Origin: Chrysomallon squamiferum
Lineage: Eukaryota; Animalia; Mollusca
Assembly: GCA_012295275.1 (NCBI GenBank)
Contig: CM022679.1
Location: 9,734,001 to 9,798,000 of the forward strand
DNA length: 64,000 bases
Reading direction: 5' to 3'
Positions 1 to 26,382 of the stretch are shown here, in pieces. The notes under the pieces were generated by a model. That model was given only the letters and a program-made list of their open reading frames with translations, was not told the origin of the DNA and searched no databases. A program made the position numbers and the translations under genes. Numbering within the stretch: position 1 is the stretch's first letter; each line of letters begins with the position of its first letter.

Positions 1-11767
<11,767 letters not shown>

Positions 11768-12296
11768 GATAACGATACACAGTTCTTCATTTCTTTTTCA
11801 TATTAACGTTTTATTAATATATATATATATATATATATTTTATTATTATTATTATTATTATTTTATTAATTTATTTATATTCTTAAAGGAAAAGTAAGAA
11901 AGAAAAAACTATTTTTTTATTAATATTTTTAGTCGAAGAAAAAGGAAACGAAAATAATTTTTGTCAAATTTTGTACGTGCGTTTGTGTGTGCGTGAGCGT
12001 GCGTGCGTGCGTTAGTGTTCGTGTTTAACAAGAAAGACACAAAGCGATAAGGATAAGAGACAGAGAAAGAATAAACATAAATATTTTTATATACATATAT
12101 ATAATATAAAACTGTTTTTCCTTTTTCTACCATTATTTTTCAATAATCCTAGAGGGAAGTAATTCCTACTTGACTGAATAGTAGAGTTATTTACCTTGGA
12201 TAATTTGTGCGAATATGTTTGTCCTTTAAAATGATTTTTGTTTCAAAGAGACTATATGTAGTTTGAAACAATTATGTTTTAGTATACAATGAAATC

Positions 12297-12302
12297 AATA
12301 AA
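12297..12302 (+). terminator. Candidate polyadenylation signal of the NWD-like gene (alternative AATAAA at 12070-12075)
   Basis: AATAAA ~530 nt after the stop, followed by T-rich sequence. The motif is common in this AT-rich DNA. Confidence 0.35.
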
Positions 12303-12744
12303 ACTTTTATCGTCTTTTATTTATCTATTTATTTATTTATTTGATTTGATTTGATTTGAATTTGAATTTGAATTTTTAAATTTTTTAATATTATTACTAA
12401 GTTAACTGATAAAGATGTTTTAAGAGCCCTTTCAAATAAAAAAATATATCGAATGATATTATTATTATTATTATTTTTTAAACTTTTTTTATTTGGAAAT
12501 AACTGTTAAAATTACTGAACTACTAAATCTGATAAACAGTAAAAACCCTTAATTTTACAGTTCGATATTGCGAACTGTTATATTCAGAAATAAACAAAAT
12601 ATGAGTAGCAGCCTGTCATTTTAACAATATAATTATCTAACAGAGTGTGACTGTTTAATTACAGTTTCAATTAGAAAAGATTATGCTTGAATGTGTGTAT
12701 TTATGTGCTTTCCATAAATTAAAAAAATTAATAATATTAATAAA

Positions 12745-12839
<95 letters not shown>

Positions 12840-13254
12840 TATAATAATAATAAATAAATAAATAAATAAATACTACTACTACTACTACTACTACTAATAA
12901 TAATAATAATAAATAAATAAATAAATAAATAAATATAACTGACATTAAAAGTAACTGATAGTAATTACAATAATTGTTTACTGCTACAGTTATCGTTATT
13001 ACCACTGAGACAGATTATTATAATAATTGTTAAACTCAGCGTTGTCTTTGAACCGCACATCAACATCAAGCACTCGTTTACAGCTACTTAAACGTCAGCA
13101 TCTGTTATTTCTGTTTGCACTGCAATCACTGCTACCAACAGAAGAGTCAGTTTTATTGTTACAACGATTAGTTTTATCTGTGAGTTTAGATATGTCACCT
13201 CACTTCATATTTAATGTAACTTGTGTTGCAAGGATTAGGTTTTCAATATGACCA

Positions 13255-14185
13255 AAAAATTTATTTATTTACCATTTATCTCTTTCGCAAAAAAAAAAAA
13301 AAAAAAAGATAAAAAGAAAAAATATAAAAGAAAAAAGTTAAATTTAAAAATGTTGGTTGAAGAGAGAGAGAGAAAAAAAAACAAGTTTATCCATCGTGTT
13401 CTATTTTTTTTTTATTCTTCTGTAATGACTTAATGGCTGAAGAAAGACAAAGAATTGATTTACTTACCATATTGTGTTGCTTGTACTGCTGTAAAGTTTT
13501 AAGTTGTTGAAGAAAGACAAAAAAATAAAAAACCCAGGATTTATCTAACACCATCTGTTTCTTGTACTTCTGTAAAAACTTACTAGTTGAACAGGGCGGA
13601 GAACAAAAAAAAAAAGAAGATTGATCTATTTTATTATGCTTCTGTAATGACTAAAACAAAATTAAAAAAAAAGAAAACGATTTATGTGGGGTTTTTTTTA
13701 TTTTGCTTCTGTAAAGACTAAAAAAATAAAAATTAAAACAAATAAAAATTGAAGATTTATTTGTCATGTTTCTTGTATTGCTGTAAAGACTTAGTTGTTG
13801 AAATAAAACAAACAAAAAAACAACAACAAAAGATTAAAATAAAAAACAAGATTTATCTACCTCGTAATTTTTGTCCTTCTGCAACAATTTCTCTACCATG
13901 GTACGTTCTATTTATTTATGTTTCTGTAATGACTTAATGACTAAAGAGAGACATAAAAAAAATAATAAAACACGATTATCTACAATGGTATGTTTTTTGG
14001 TTCTTCTTTAAGGATTTAGTAGTTGAAGAAAGACAAAAAAAAACAAAGAAAAAAAAAACATTATTTATCTAACATGGTAAATTTTTTTTGTCCAAAAAAA
14101 CCCCCCAACAACACCAAGATTTATCTACCAAGTTCTGCTTCTTGTACTTCTGAAAAATCTTGGCGAGTGAAGAGAGAACAACAAA
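13255..14185. repeat. Degenerate minisatellite, ~60-80 bp unit, roughly a dozen copies
   Basis: Recurring GATTTATCTACCA...TTCTTGTACTTCTGTAA(A/T)GACTTA.T.GTTGAAGAAAGAC followed by an A-rich tail. Confidence 0.75.
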
Positions 14186-14707
14186 AAGACACTGACAAAG
14201 AAATTCCGTTTTGATTTTCTTTGTTTTTTTTTCTTCTTTTTTTTTATATAAAAATTGATAGTGGCTTCCGATAGACGATATCTTTATCCCAAAAACAAAA
14301 TTGTTATTTATCTGTCAGTAAAAATAAAATATTTAATAGAATGTTTCCGTGATATGGCGTGCCATGCCACCGCATCGCGAAATAAGCTGACCTCAAACCA
14401 GCAAGTCTGCCACAAAATAAAATATTTTCTGCGGTTAAGAATCTAGCTCGGACCAACACGCAACATATCAATGTGAAGACTAATGGTAATAACATATTGT
14501 AGACTCGGGGGAAATGTGAAATATCAATTACTTGAAGGAGAAATCTAATTCTGTTTTGTTAGTTGTCATCTCTTGTGTTTCGTTCCTGTGTGATAATTTG
14601 TGAAAGGTTTGTTGTATTTCTCTTTTTTCATTTTTGTCTAATGAGCATTTCTTATGCCCTTTTTTATATTTTTATTTATTTATTTATTTATTTAGTTAGT
14701 TAGTTAG

Positions 14708-14758
<51 letters not shown>

Positions 14759-14816
14759 TATTTATTTATTATTATTATTATTTTATTTGTTTATTTATTT
14801 ATTTATTTATTTTATT

Positions 14817-14847
<31 letters not shown>

Positions 14848-14853
14848 TATTTA

Positions 14854-14899
<46 letters not shown>

Positions 14900-15845
14900 T
14901 TTATTTTATTTTATTTTATTTTAATTCAGTCTCGTTTTCTTCAAGTCACTTCACATTCACGCAGACAACGTTCTGTTCGAAACATCCAAATGCTGAATTA
15001 ATAAAATACTGACAATATCAAAGTAAGTAACAACAAACAACACTTCAAGCTAATAACTTGGCGTTATTTCCAAATCAAACAAGATATTCAGAAACAGACT
15101 CTTACTAATTAAATAAACATTATAACTTATCCTGTTTGCTCGGCAGGCTTGGCAAAAGTATTAGATGATGGCGTGTTATAGGATATACTGTGGAGTCAGA
15201 AATATTTTCGTCACCATCTCTGAAAAGGAAAATCATTAGCCTTCATTTTGTCCTTTACGTCTCCTATGAATCAGTATATTTAATAATTTCGATTTGCTTA
15301 TTTGTTATTATGACAACCTAAAATGTTTGAAAACACCAGTAACATTAAATACGAACACATTTCTGTGGTAAATAAATATGCAATATATTCTTCTGTCTAA
15401 AACAAAAACAAAATTTTAATATATTTTTTTTTAAAACTATCTTGTTATTAGAGTTGTATTCTTTACATTTTGTAATTTTAATACAAGTCGTTGAATTGTC
15501 GGTAATAAACGGTGCATGAGATACTTAATGAAATGCACGAAATAAAAATACCAGTCACAAAATAATGGATTTCGTGGCTTCCTTTGTTTTAATTACTCCC
15601 AGAATAAACATCAGACGATGTGAAATAATGATCTGTTCAATTTGTTTCCACATTACTTCTGTAGCGAAACAGAGGATTTGCACAGAACCGGGTAATAGCG
15701 GTGAAAGACACCATTGTCTAAAAGCTTGGATTTCAACTTCAAAAAAAAAAAAAAAAAAATAAAAAAAAAAATAAAAAAAAAAATAAACAAAATAAAACAA
15801 TACAATACAAAACAGGACAAAACACTATAACCAAACAGAACTGAA

Positions 15846-15879
<34 letters not shown>

Positions 15880-17097
15880 AATAAATAAAAAAAATAATAA
15901 TAAAAAAAAAATAAAACAAAACAAAACAATACAAAAAAAAATAATTAAAAAAAAAATAAATAAATAAATAAATAAAAAGTAAAAAAAGTAAAAAAATTAA
16001 ATTAAATTAAAAAAAATAAGAAACATAATACAACAATTAATTAATTCGTTCATTATTACTTAAATTTCGCCATGATATTTTGGAGCTTATAACAACAGCA
16101 CATAGCCACTGTTTAACAGAAGTTTACTACCACCAACACAAAGGAGAGGTCAAATATCTTTCACGCAACTTTCTGGAGAGGTCAAAGGTTGTTGTACTTT
16201 TACACAAGCCCTGTTTGAATAGTTTTCTGATGAAGCATGCCATACCACACCCTCTGTCCTAATTTATGAAATAAATAAATGTATATTTATATATTTATTT
16301 ATTTTTTTATTTATTTACTTATTTATTTATTTAATAGAGCGATTTGGAAAGGCCATTCAAAAACATTCTAATACGTATACTGATATATATATATATATAT
16401 ATATATATTAAATTTACTTCTTAATATTCTGTTATTCGTCTGTTATTTCATTTTCATTCTTCCATTATCACACATTATTTTATTCGTAACTAACGTTTGA
16501 TTAATTATGTTTATGGAATAATAAAATTAAGAATAAATTACGTATCGCTGTAAACCTGCATGTGTTGTAATAACTTGTAATCTGTTTTGAAAATATCCTT
16601 GTTCCACTACAAAAACATACATGCTACGTTCTAATTATTTTCTGAGTTATATTCAAGTTAATGAAAATCATTGAACAGTGACAAGTTTTTGCTGTTGTTG
16701 TTGTTCTTCTTCTTTTCTTTCACTTTTTAAAATGATTTATTTTTAAATCTTTTGTTATTTTCTGTTTATTTATTCATTCACTTATTCATTTATTTATTCG
16801 TTTATTACATATTCATTTTCCGCATTTAAAAGCAAAAAGACAACGAACAAAATATAAAAATTAAAAATTAAGTTTAAAAAAAGTAAAGAGAATTATATTT
16901 TTAAAAGGAATTACATAAAAGAGGATTTAAATAAAAAAGAAGAAAAAAAAAAAAAGGATTATTCATGAACTAATTTATCTTTTGTTTGGAATATTTGCTA
17001 GTTTGATTGTAAATCTGATTATCAAGTTATTACTTGATTCATTCACACAATTTAAAAACAATGTCAGATATTCGTTACTGTTCTTGTCGAAGAGACA

Positions 17098-17177
<80 letters not shown>

Positions 17178-18173
17178 TAATAATAATAACAACAATAATA
17201 ATAATAATAACAAAAATCATAATAAGAAGAAGAAGAGTTAATCGTTATCATTTATATGTATATATATATATATATATTTACATATATCAAAAAGACACAA
17301 CATAAATAAATAAATAAATAATAGCAGCAGCAGCAATAGCAGTAGTAGTAGTAGTAGTAGTAGAAGTAGTAGTAGAAGTATAGTATTAGTAGTAGTAGTA
17401 GCAGTAGTAGTAGTAGTAGTAGCAGTAGCAGTACTAGTGTAGTAATAATAATAATAAAAGAAAAAACATTTAAAAAAAAAAAAAAAAATAGATCTACAAA
17501 TAATAAATTTTCCACATCTGGTCTCACGCTACTACTACTACTACTACAGCGTTGTCGAAGTCGACGAGGACTACGCGGTATTGACGTGACGTGTGACGGC
17601 GACGTGGTGGTTGCTGCATTCACGCCAGATGGGCGTCAGTCCGATTGAATTAGCTCCATCGAGTGATCGGAACACCGATAGAACAGTTTATTGGTCTTCG
17701 CCTTCCCGTGGGAGGGGCTTGCCTCTCTGGGTGAAACAATGCGGAAAATGAATTCTGAAATTTATATTAATGTTGTGCTCTTGTCATCTCACGATGCGTT
17801 TGCTTCGTCAGGCTCGATGTTATCAAAAACTGAAGCAATTTGTTCCGTGCTGTGAATTTCAATTAAGTTCCGTAATCGCGAGTGATGATACATTGATAAT
17901 AAGGAAATAATTTCTGTCCTTGGTCATCGTTTTTGTGTTGTTGTTTTTTTTTGTCTCTAGGAATCTGGACGCTTTGCGTGCCTGGCCACGTCCTGTCAGT
18001 TGTGGGGGAAAACAAAGGACTGCGTTGGTTTATTGACGAAGCGAAGCCAGAAGTTGAACAACAAGAGGATAGCCACAGTAATTGAAAAAGAAAAACAGTT
18101 AAATCACGTCGTATGAATTTTTCATGACGTTTGCAATTGTCGTCTTAATAGGGTGACCGCAAAAATGAATATG

Positions 18174-18208
<35 letters not shown>

Positions 18209-18724
18209 ATGAATGAATGAATGAAAATAAATGAAAATTTTTTTTTATATTATTAATGGTAGAAGTAAATAAATAAATACATTTTTTTTTTATTATTATT
18301 ATTATTATTAATGGTAGAAGTAATATTTTAATGTCGTCTTCGTTATCATGATATCCGTCGTTATCATTAGTATCATCATCACGACTGTAACCATCATCAT
18401 CTTAATACGTTATCATTATTTTGTTAGGTTCAGAAAGTGTTCTGTTGAAATAAATAAATAAATAATGTTTTGGGACTGATCCGGAATTCGTGGTTTTAGT
18501 CAATCATACTGAATCAGTTTAGGTCACTGAATAATATTCTGTGTAATTATTATTTCGTTTTTTTTTTTTTTTTTTTTTTTACTGCTTAGAATAGTACAAC
18601 ATGGTGTGACTGTATAACAATAACAATAACAATAATATATAAATGACACGAGGATTATGATGAAAAATAAAAAAACAACAAACAAACAAACAAATAAATA
18701 AATAAATAAATAAATAAAATAAAA

Positions 18725-18759
<35 letters not shown>

Positions 18760-19117
18760 AATAAATAAATAAAATAAAATATAATAAATAAATAAATAAA
18801 TAAATAAATAAAAGAAATAGAAATTTGCCAAAAATATAATTATTTTAAATCAAGAAACAATAGAGAGATTGATAGATTTTACAATTATATAATTATTTAC
18901 TCAGCTTTGCTTCTTAACTTTATTATTAGTGAATGAATGATTGTTAAGTAATTGTTAATTTTTTCAATGTATGATTTAACGACACTTTAAGATGTTGAAA
19001 TCGCAGAGTCTAAGCAATTTTCTGTCTTCTTATTTTGCAATACTTTATTATTATTTGACTTATTTATTTACATATTTATTTATTTATTTATTTACTTATT
19101 TATTTATTTGTTTATTT

Positions 19118-19148
<31 letters not shown>

Positions 19149-19191
19149 CATTATTATTATAATCATCATCACTATCATCATCGTTATTTAT

Positions 19192-19223
<32 letters not shown>

Positions 19224-19281
19224 ATCATCATTATTATTATTATCATCATCATTATCATCATTCTTTATTTATTTATTATTA

Positions 19282-19332
<51 letters not shown>

Positions 19333-20396
19333 TTCATTATTATTATTACCATCATCACTATCATCATCGTTATTTATTTATTTATTTTTACAAGTTTTTA
19401 ATAAGTTTTTCAAAATAATTATCCAAAAACAGAACCGGGTGAGTGATACGTAACATACGTATTAAAAGACTAGATTCTTGTCCTGGCAAGTGGAAAACAC
19501 TGATAAGTACACTTGACATATTAGCGGTATTGATAATACTGGTTCTTCCCTCGACTTCTCTTTTACCCCGTTTACAGCACCCATTCCAGCGAAACTTATC
19601 CGCTCAGGGTGGTTAGTGAGTTAATAGGTTAGTAACAGATAAATCAGAGATTTTTTTTTTTTTTTTTTTATGACTGTGTTTACGGTCAGTGAAGCCACTG
19701 ACTGGGTTTGATCTCGGTTTCTTCAAATCACAGACATATGAAGCGAGCTTTTGTTGGAGGTTTTCTTTAAAAGCTTGGCGAGGCGTACGTAACATTCGCC
19801 CATATTTCATTTTTAATATTTTTCTTCTTGTTTTCAGTCTCTTTCTTTTTATTTATTTTAACTGCTAAGTGGAAGAGCTTGAACGAATTTGTCTTTAAGG
19901 GTTTAATGGATTCTTTGTAAGTTCGTTTATTGATGGGAAAGCCAGAGAGAGAGAGAGACAGATAGACAGAGAAAGAGAGACAGGGAGACGCACAGAAAGA
20001 GAGAACAATAGAGACAGATAGACAGAGAGAAAGAGAGAGCGAAAGAGAGACGGAGACACAGACAGACAGATCGAGACATAGACAAACAGACAGACAGAGA
20101 GAGAGAGAGAATAAAATCATAGAGAAAGAATAACATAATTATGAGACAGAGAGAAAGAGAAAACACAGAGAAACAGAGAAAGATACAAAGCACATCACAT
20201 TTCTAAATTTTCTATTATTTTATTTTGATTATGATTTTTATGAATCTTGTTCAATGAACAAAAAAATGGCCCGTGTCACGCTATGCTGCTCGGCCCGTCC
20301 CTGGGGGAGGAGGGTGCAGTCATGGGGAGCGTACTAAAACACAATTTGAAATTAATTCCAACTGCGTCAATTTTTCTTCTGGCTTTGTAATCAAGG

Positions 20397-20452
<56 letters not shown>

Positions 20453-20483
20453 CAACAACAGCATCAGCAGTCACAACAACAAT

Positions 20484-20515
<32 letters not shown>

Positions 20516-20859
20516 TAATAATAATAATAATAGAAATATAAAAACATTAAAAGAGAAAAAATAAAATGTTATTTAGACAATATATATATATATTGTAGTT
20601 TTATCATATTTCATTTAATTCATATTAATTCAGGTGTGAGTAGGTATTATAATTATTAAAGTCAGTCAACGATAGCGAGTTTCTTCTCTCAGATCATCAC
20701 ATTAAAGAAAAGTATAATATAACTTAATATTAAAAAGTACTGTGACTTCGTCAAAAATCCATTCATTTTAATAATTTAATGTAAGGACAGTGTTTTGAGG
20801 CGAACCTGTAAAATTTATTTTTCTGCCTCTCTCCCACTACCCCACCCTCTCTGTCTTCT

Positions 20860-21210
<351 letters not shown>

Positions 21211-21919
21211 GTGTCTCTCAGAAGACGGAGAGAGCAGCAGCATCATCATCTGCCTGATTCATGCATCGTAAAAGTCCAGTCTGTTCACGGTCCGCGGACC
21301 GTTTCCCGCGGGATCGGTAATGAGGCTGATAAAGTCCTGACTGCGAAATGAAATGGAAAATTTATATTCTTGGTGGTCCCCCCTGCTGGCGTTAAGCGGG
21401 TTCGGATTTTTATCTCCGTCCTGGCGTTGTTCAGGTTGGCCCGCTTACTTTTAATTAAAAACAGCGCCTCCCCAATCGCCTAAACCCACCCCCCTCCCCC
21501 TCCCCCGCTCCCATCTGAACCCCACGGCAAACAGGGGGGGGGGAGGTAATTAGTGTGTCATATTTCATAATCGATTCCGTAATCAATTTCGTAACCAGTT
21601 TTCGGTAAGAGACGGGGAGAGGGGAGGGGGGAATGATCAAAATGGAACCACGTTGGGTAATAAAGAGGCTTGTCTTCGCGGGGCGGTTAGGGAGTTTATT
21701 GATACGATTTTATTTATTCTTGGAAGAATTAATTTGCACTGTGTAAGCAGCTCCCCGTAAAAATGTCGTCCGTAATGAATAATCGATCATTAGACGTAAT
21801 GTGTGTTTTGTTTCGTGGACGCGTATGATAGCAATAAAAAAAAAAAAAAAAAAAAAAAAAAAATGACGATGTGTTCGTGTCTGCATTTAAATAGCGCTTC
21901 TGCACATTATCCGGTTCAT

Positions 21920-22490
21920 CCTACTGTTACTATAAATTTTGCTATTACCGATGTTTTTAGTGCTTTTTCTGTTAGTATTACTTTTACTATTACTTCTGTT
22001 ACCACTATTTTTGCTATTACCATTCTGTTACTACTAAGTCTGTTGCTACTATTTTACCATTACCACTGTTACTACTACTTCTCTTACCACTATTTTTGCT
22101 ATTACCATTCTGTTACTACTAAGTCTGTTACTACTATTTTTACTAATATCATTGTTACTACTATTTTTACTAATATCATTGTTACTACTATTTTTACTAA
22201 TATCATTGTTACTACTACTTTTATTAGTACCACTGTTATCACTACTTTTGTTACAACTACCTTTTACTATTACCACTACTTTTGTTACAACTACCTTTTA
22301 CTATTACCACTACTTTTGTTACAACTACCTTTTACTATTACCACTGTTACTACTACTTTTACTGTTATCATTGTTACTATTACTTCTGTTACACTATTTT
22401 TTCTGTTATCACTGTTACTACTAATTTTACTATTACCACTGTTACTACTACTTTTACTAGTACCACTGTTACTTTTACTACAAATGTTAT
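21920..22490. repeat. TAC/TAT-derived compound minisatellite with a 27-bp unit x3 (~22128-22217) and a 34-bp unit x3 (22241-22342)
   Basis: Units TACTAATATCATTGTTACTACTATTTT and ACTACTTTTGTTACAACTACCTTTTACTATTACC read directly. Confidence 0.85.
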
Positions 22491-24137
22491 TGCTCCCCAG
22501 TGTCATCTTAAGGCATTGATAGCTGTCTATATATATATATGTAAGATGGCATAATACTAAATATTGTTAATTCGGGTCTGTAATAACTACTGTAATTACT
22601 AAGACTTCAGCTACTACTACTACTATTGCTGTTGAAGCTGATATTGCTGCTGCTACTACTACTGCAACTACTATTGCTACTACTGCTGCAGCTGCAGCTA
22701 CTGTTACAACTACTGATCCGGCAGTCGTTATTTTAGTATCAATATTTTCAACGCTAAAACAACTTTTATCACTAATATTTCTTTTCAGATATATTATCAT
22801 ACTGATGTGTTTTGTATTTTTTTTTTCCTGTACTACTGCTACACGCTAATCTCTCTGACATGTCTACAAATACACTCGTATATAATAAACAGTACTGATA
22901 ATAATTATCTATTGTTTTTAAAACATATAAATCATCATACATACGTACACACATATACACATACACACACAGAATTACAAACGTGCATCCATACATGAAA
23001 ACACATATTCACACACACGCATATACATACATACATGCATGAACACATATAGTAACATACATACATACATACATACATACATACATGCATACATACACAA
23101 GAAATGACATATACAGCTACATGTCCTTCCTAGACACAATGACATCGCTACTCACGTTCTGAAAGGATAAAATATCGACATTCAAACACACTATAACAGT
23201 AATATCTTAGTGTCACTATTTGCTACAAACAAAGAACACGCCCAAAACAAATATAATAATAATAATAATAATAATAATAACCTGAAAGACAAAATACTTT
23301 GTTTAAACATATTTATTTGTTTACCCATCCGAACGTTCCACTTTAATATTCTCTAATATTTGGATGGTTCAGAATCATAAGATACACACACATACAAAAA
23401 AAAAAAAAAAAAAAAATTCTCATTTACGATACAATAAGATGATGATATTTGACGAAGACTTCGCTATTAGCGAAATCCCGTTCACACTAAACTGGCCATC
23501 AGATGACCTGGGAATCTCGGGGGTGAGGCGTACAGACAGGTTTTATGGGACCCCGGGGGATCCAGCGACGGCTCAGGATTTTGCTTGCAAATTAAATCAC
23601 CTATCTCGCGCTGCAAATGGGTTTGCCGAGGAATCCCCGTTATGAGTTTTAATGTCGTTTATTTAATCAACGGACAACATTCTGCAAATTTCCTTTAAAC
23701 AACAGGCAGATGCTGTTCGCCCAACGACCGGCTTACAAATACGACGTACAGCGTCGGAGTCGTTGTCTTAAAAGGTATTACGGGTAATTACGTGGGCGGG
23801 CGGGCGGGCGGCGTACGTCTTTTGTCGTCGTCGTCGTCGTTGTAATCGTTGAATCGGTAATATTTAACAAAACTGGTCGTAACGTTTTCCCGTGCGTGCG
23901 ACTGTCGCTTCGAGACATTTCACTGTGTTCATCCGTGATGTCTTGAGATTACAGTTCGAAGATAACATTAATGATTAACAGTTATAAAATTCTATATGCA
24001 GCCGTAATGGTAATTCTATATATGGTAATGAGTGTTCACAATGGTTAAACAGAAGTTGGGTAGAATGTAATTAATAATTTCGAAGCAGTGTTAAGATGTT
24101 TGTTAATGGGTAACCAGTTCGTTTGAAACTGATTCAG

Positions 24138-24141
<4 letters not shown>

Positions 24142-24217
<76 letters not shown>
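24142..24217. repeat. (GA)n microsatellite; similar pure tracts at 26306-26380, 28118-28203, 48165-48239, 58890-58990 and 63158-63236
   Basis: Direct reading. Confidence 0.95.
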
Positions 24218-24221
<4 letters not shown>

Positions 24222-25411
24222 TTATTTAACATACGTAAATATACAAACTGGAAGTCTTTAGTACAGTTAGCCAGGTTTTTTGATTGTGGATCAGTAATAA
24301 TATTATAATTTTATCACGTTTTTGAACACATTGTACTGAGATTCTAAGAAATAACAGAGAATATTTAAAATCTTCTGGACATCCAATTTAGGACAACAAA
24401 TATATATATAAAGTCCTTAATCAAGAATTAAAAAAAAAAACAATTCGCGTTTTACAAGTCACCCAGACGGGGCCTCATGCTTCAATTACAATAACAGTTT
24501 CAATAAAACAATGATTAGCCTGAAATTACATATGTCATGTTTTAGAGCTCACTTCAGTGAAAACAGCAAAAACTCAATTATCTCTCGTGTTCATTGCGTT
24601 AACAATATCGCTGATTAATTCAAATTTAATTACTTGAGACATCAATAACAAGCCACTTTCCTGGCGAGCAGCCTTTTGCAGTGAAGACTTGATGGGATTC
24701 TGCTGAAGCAAAGAGCGCGATCTCTGATACCGTCTTTCCATTTCCATGTAAATGACTAGCAATTTTTTGGTCTTAGACAAGAAAGAGTTCCACTATTTCC
24801 TATCACGACAAGTTTGACGCGTTGCTGTTTGTCTCCGAGGAGAGAAAGGTCAGAGGTTATCACGTGAGCCATTTCAGTTATAGCGATCCGCGGATTTGGG
24901 AAGCTATCTCCCCCGAGATTTCAAATGTTCTTTAAGGACTTTGGACCACTTCGTCAACGAGATTTGTCTTATTTAAGCATTTAGTATCACACTGTGAATA
25001 ATCAATAGAGTTTTTCTTCCTTTTTTTTTTTTTTTTTTTTTTTTCCTTTTGGAAAGAGTCATTACCAGCAGAAAAACAACAAACATTTTTGATGTTTTTT
25101 TTTTTTTTTTTTTTGAGTGTAATTTGAAATAGCTCAAAACGCCATCATGGGATAGCGAGAAGTGTGACATAAAAATCTGTTCCTTGTGAAAAATCGTGAA
25201 TCTCTGTCGTGATTTGTTTTATTAGTAAAGTGTTTAAAATGTGTTTTATAATCAGCTCCGTAATGAATTATGGCTGTTGTCATGGGTTTACAAAAAATAA
25301 AATAAAAATAAAAATTAAAAATAAAAAAATGAAAGGGGGACGAATATTTCTCAAATTCAACTTACAAATACACCCATATGTAAAGTAAGTAATAATAACA
25401 CTACTACTACA

Positions 25412-25445
<34 letters not shown>

Positions 25446-26302
25446 ATAATAATATTATTATTATTATTATTTTTTTATTATTATTATTGTTATTATTATA
25501 ATCATCATTTATGTTTTTCCTCATCAAACTACTGCTAATTTACTACAACAACAACAACTACTACTACCCCCACCACCACCATCACTACCCCCACCACCAC
25601 CATCACTACCACCACCACCACCACCACTACCACCACTACTACTACTACCACCACTCCTCAACGCCACCACAACTATTCACCTATGACTAATATAATGAAT
25701 TCATAAGACAATACTGTACCGGATTTCCTGGGTTTTATATATTTTTTATTTCTTATCGTTATTATTATTATTTTTTTTTTTATTTTTTTTTTTTGTAACC
25801 CTTTCTTTCTTTTAAAAATGATTTATTTTCATACCTAGTATAAAACATTACTAAGAACACCAGGGGCGAAATCAGATACAAAAGAAATGATAAAACAATT
25901 TTATTAGCATTTTTCTCTTAGGAAGTTTAGCGGTAATGATTATAAAAAATATATGTATATATATATACATATATATGTATATGTTGTCGCTGTATATCTG
26001 CGTGTCGTCGTGTCATGACGTGGTCGACAGGATGGTTGTAAACGAGGACAGCTTAATCACAATCAAAGTCAATCAACAACGTCTTTGAACTGACTTTGTA
26101 TACTCGACGAAAAAAAAAAATTATATTAATGAAATGAGAAAGGGAGAGGTGGGTTTATTTTTTTTTTTTTTTTTTCAATTAGAGTTTATATATCTATAGC
26201 TAGATATGTAGATAGACAGAGAGATGAATAGATAGATAGATAGAAAGATGAATAAATAAATAAATAACAACAGATATAGATTTTAAAATGTATTTATTTA
26301 TT

Positions 26303-26382
<80 letters not shown>

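Noticed and set aside
13255-14185. CRISPR-like repeat/spacer appearance
   Set aside because: Eukaryotic context, degenerate repeats, low-complexity A-rich linkers of variable length, and no cas genes.
21803-22554. 238-aa Thr-rich ORF resembling a mucin
   Set aside because: It arises from the TAC-based minisatellite. The 34-bp unit is not a multiple of 3 and several frames are open, as expected of stop-poor repeats.
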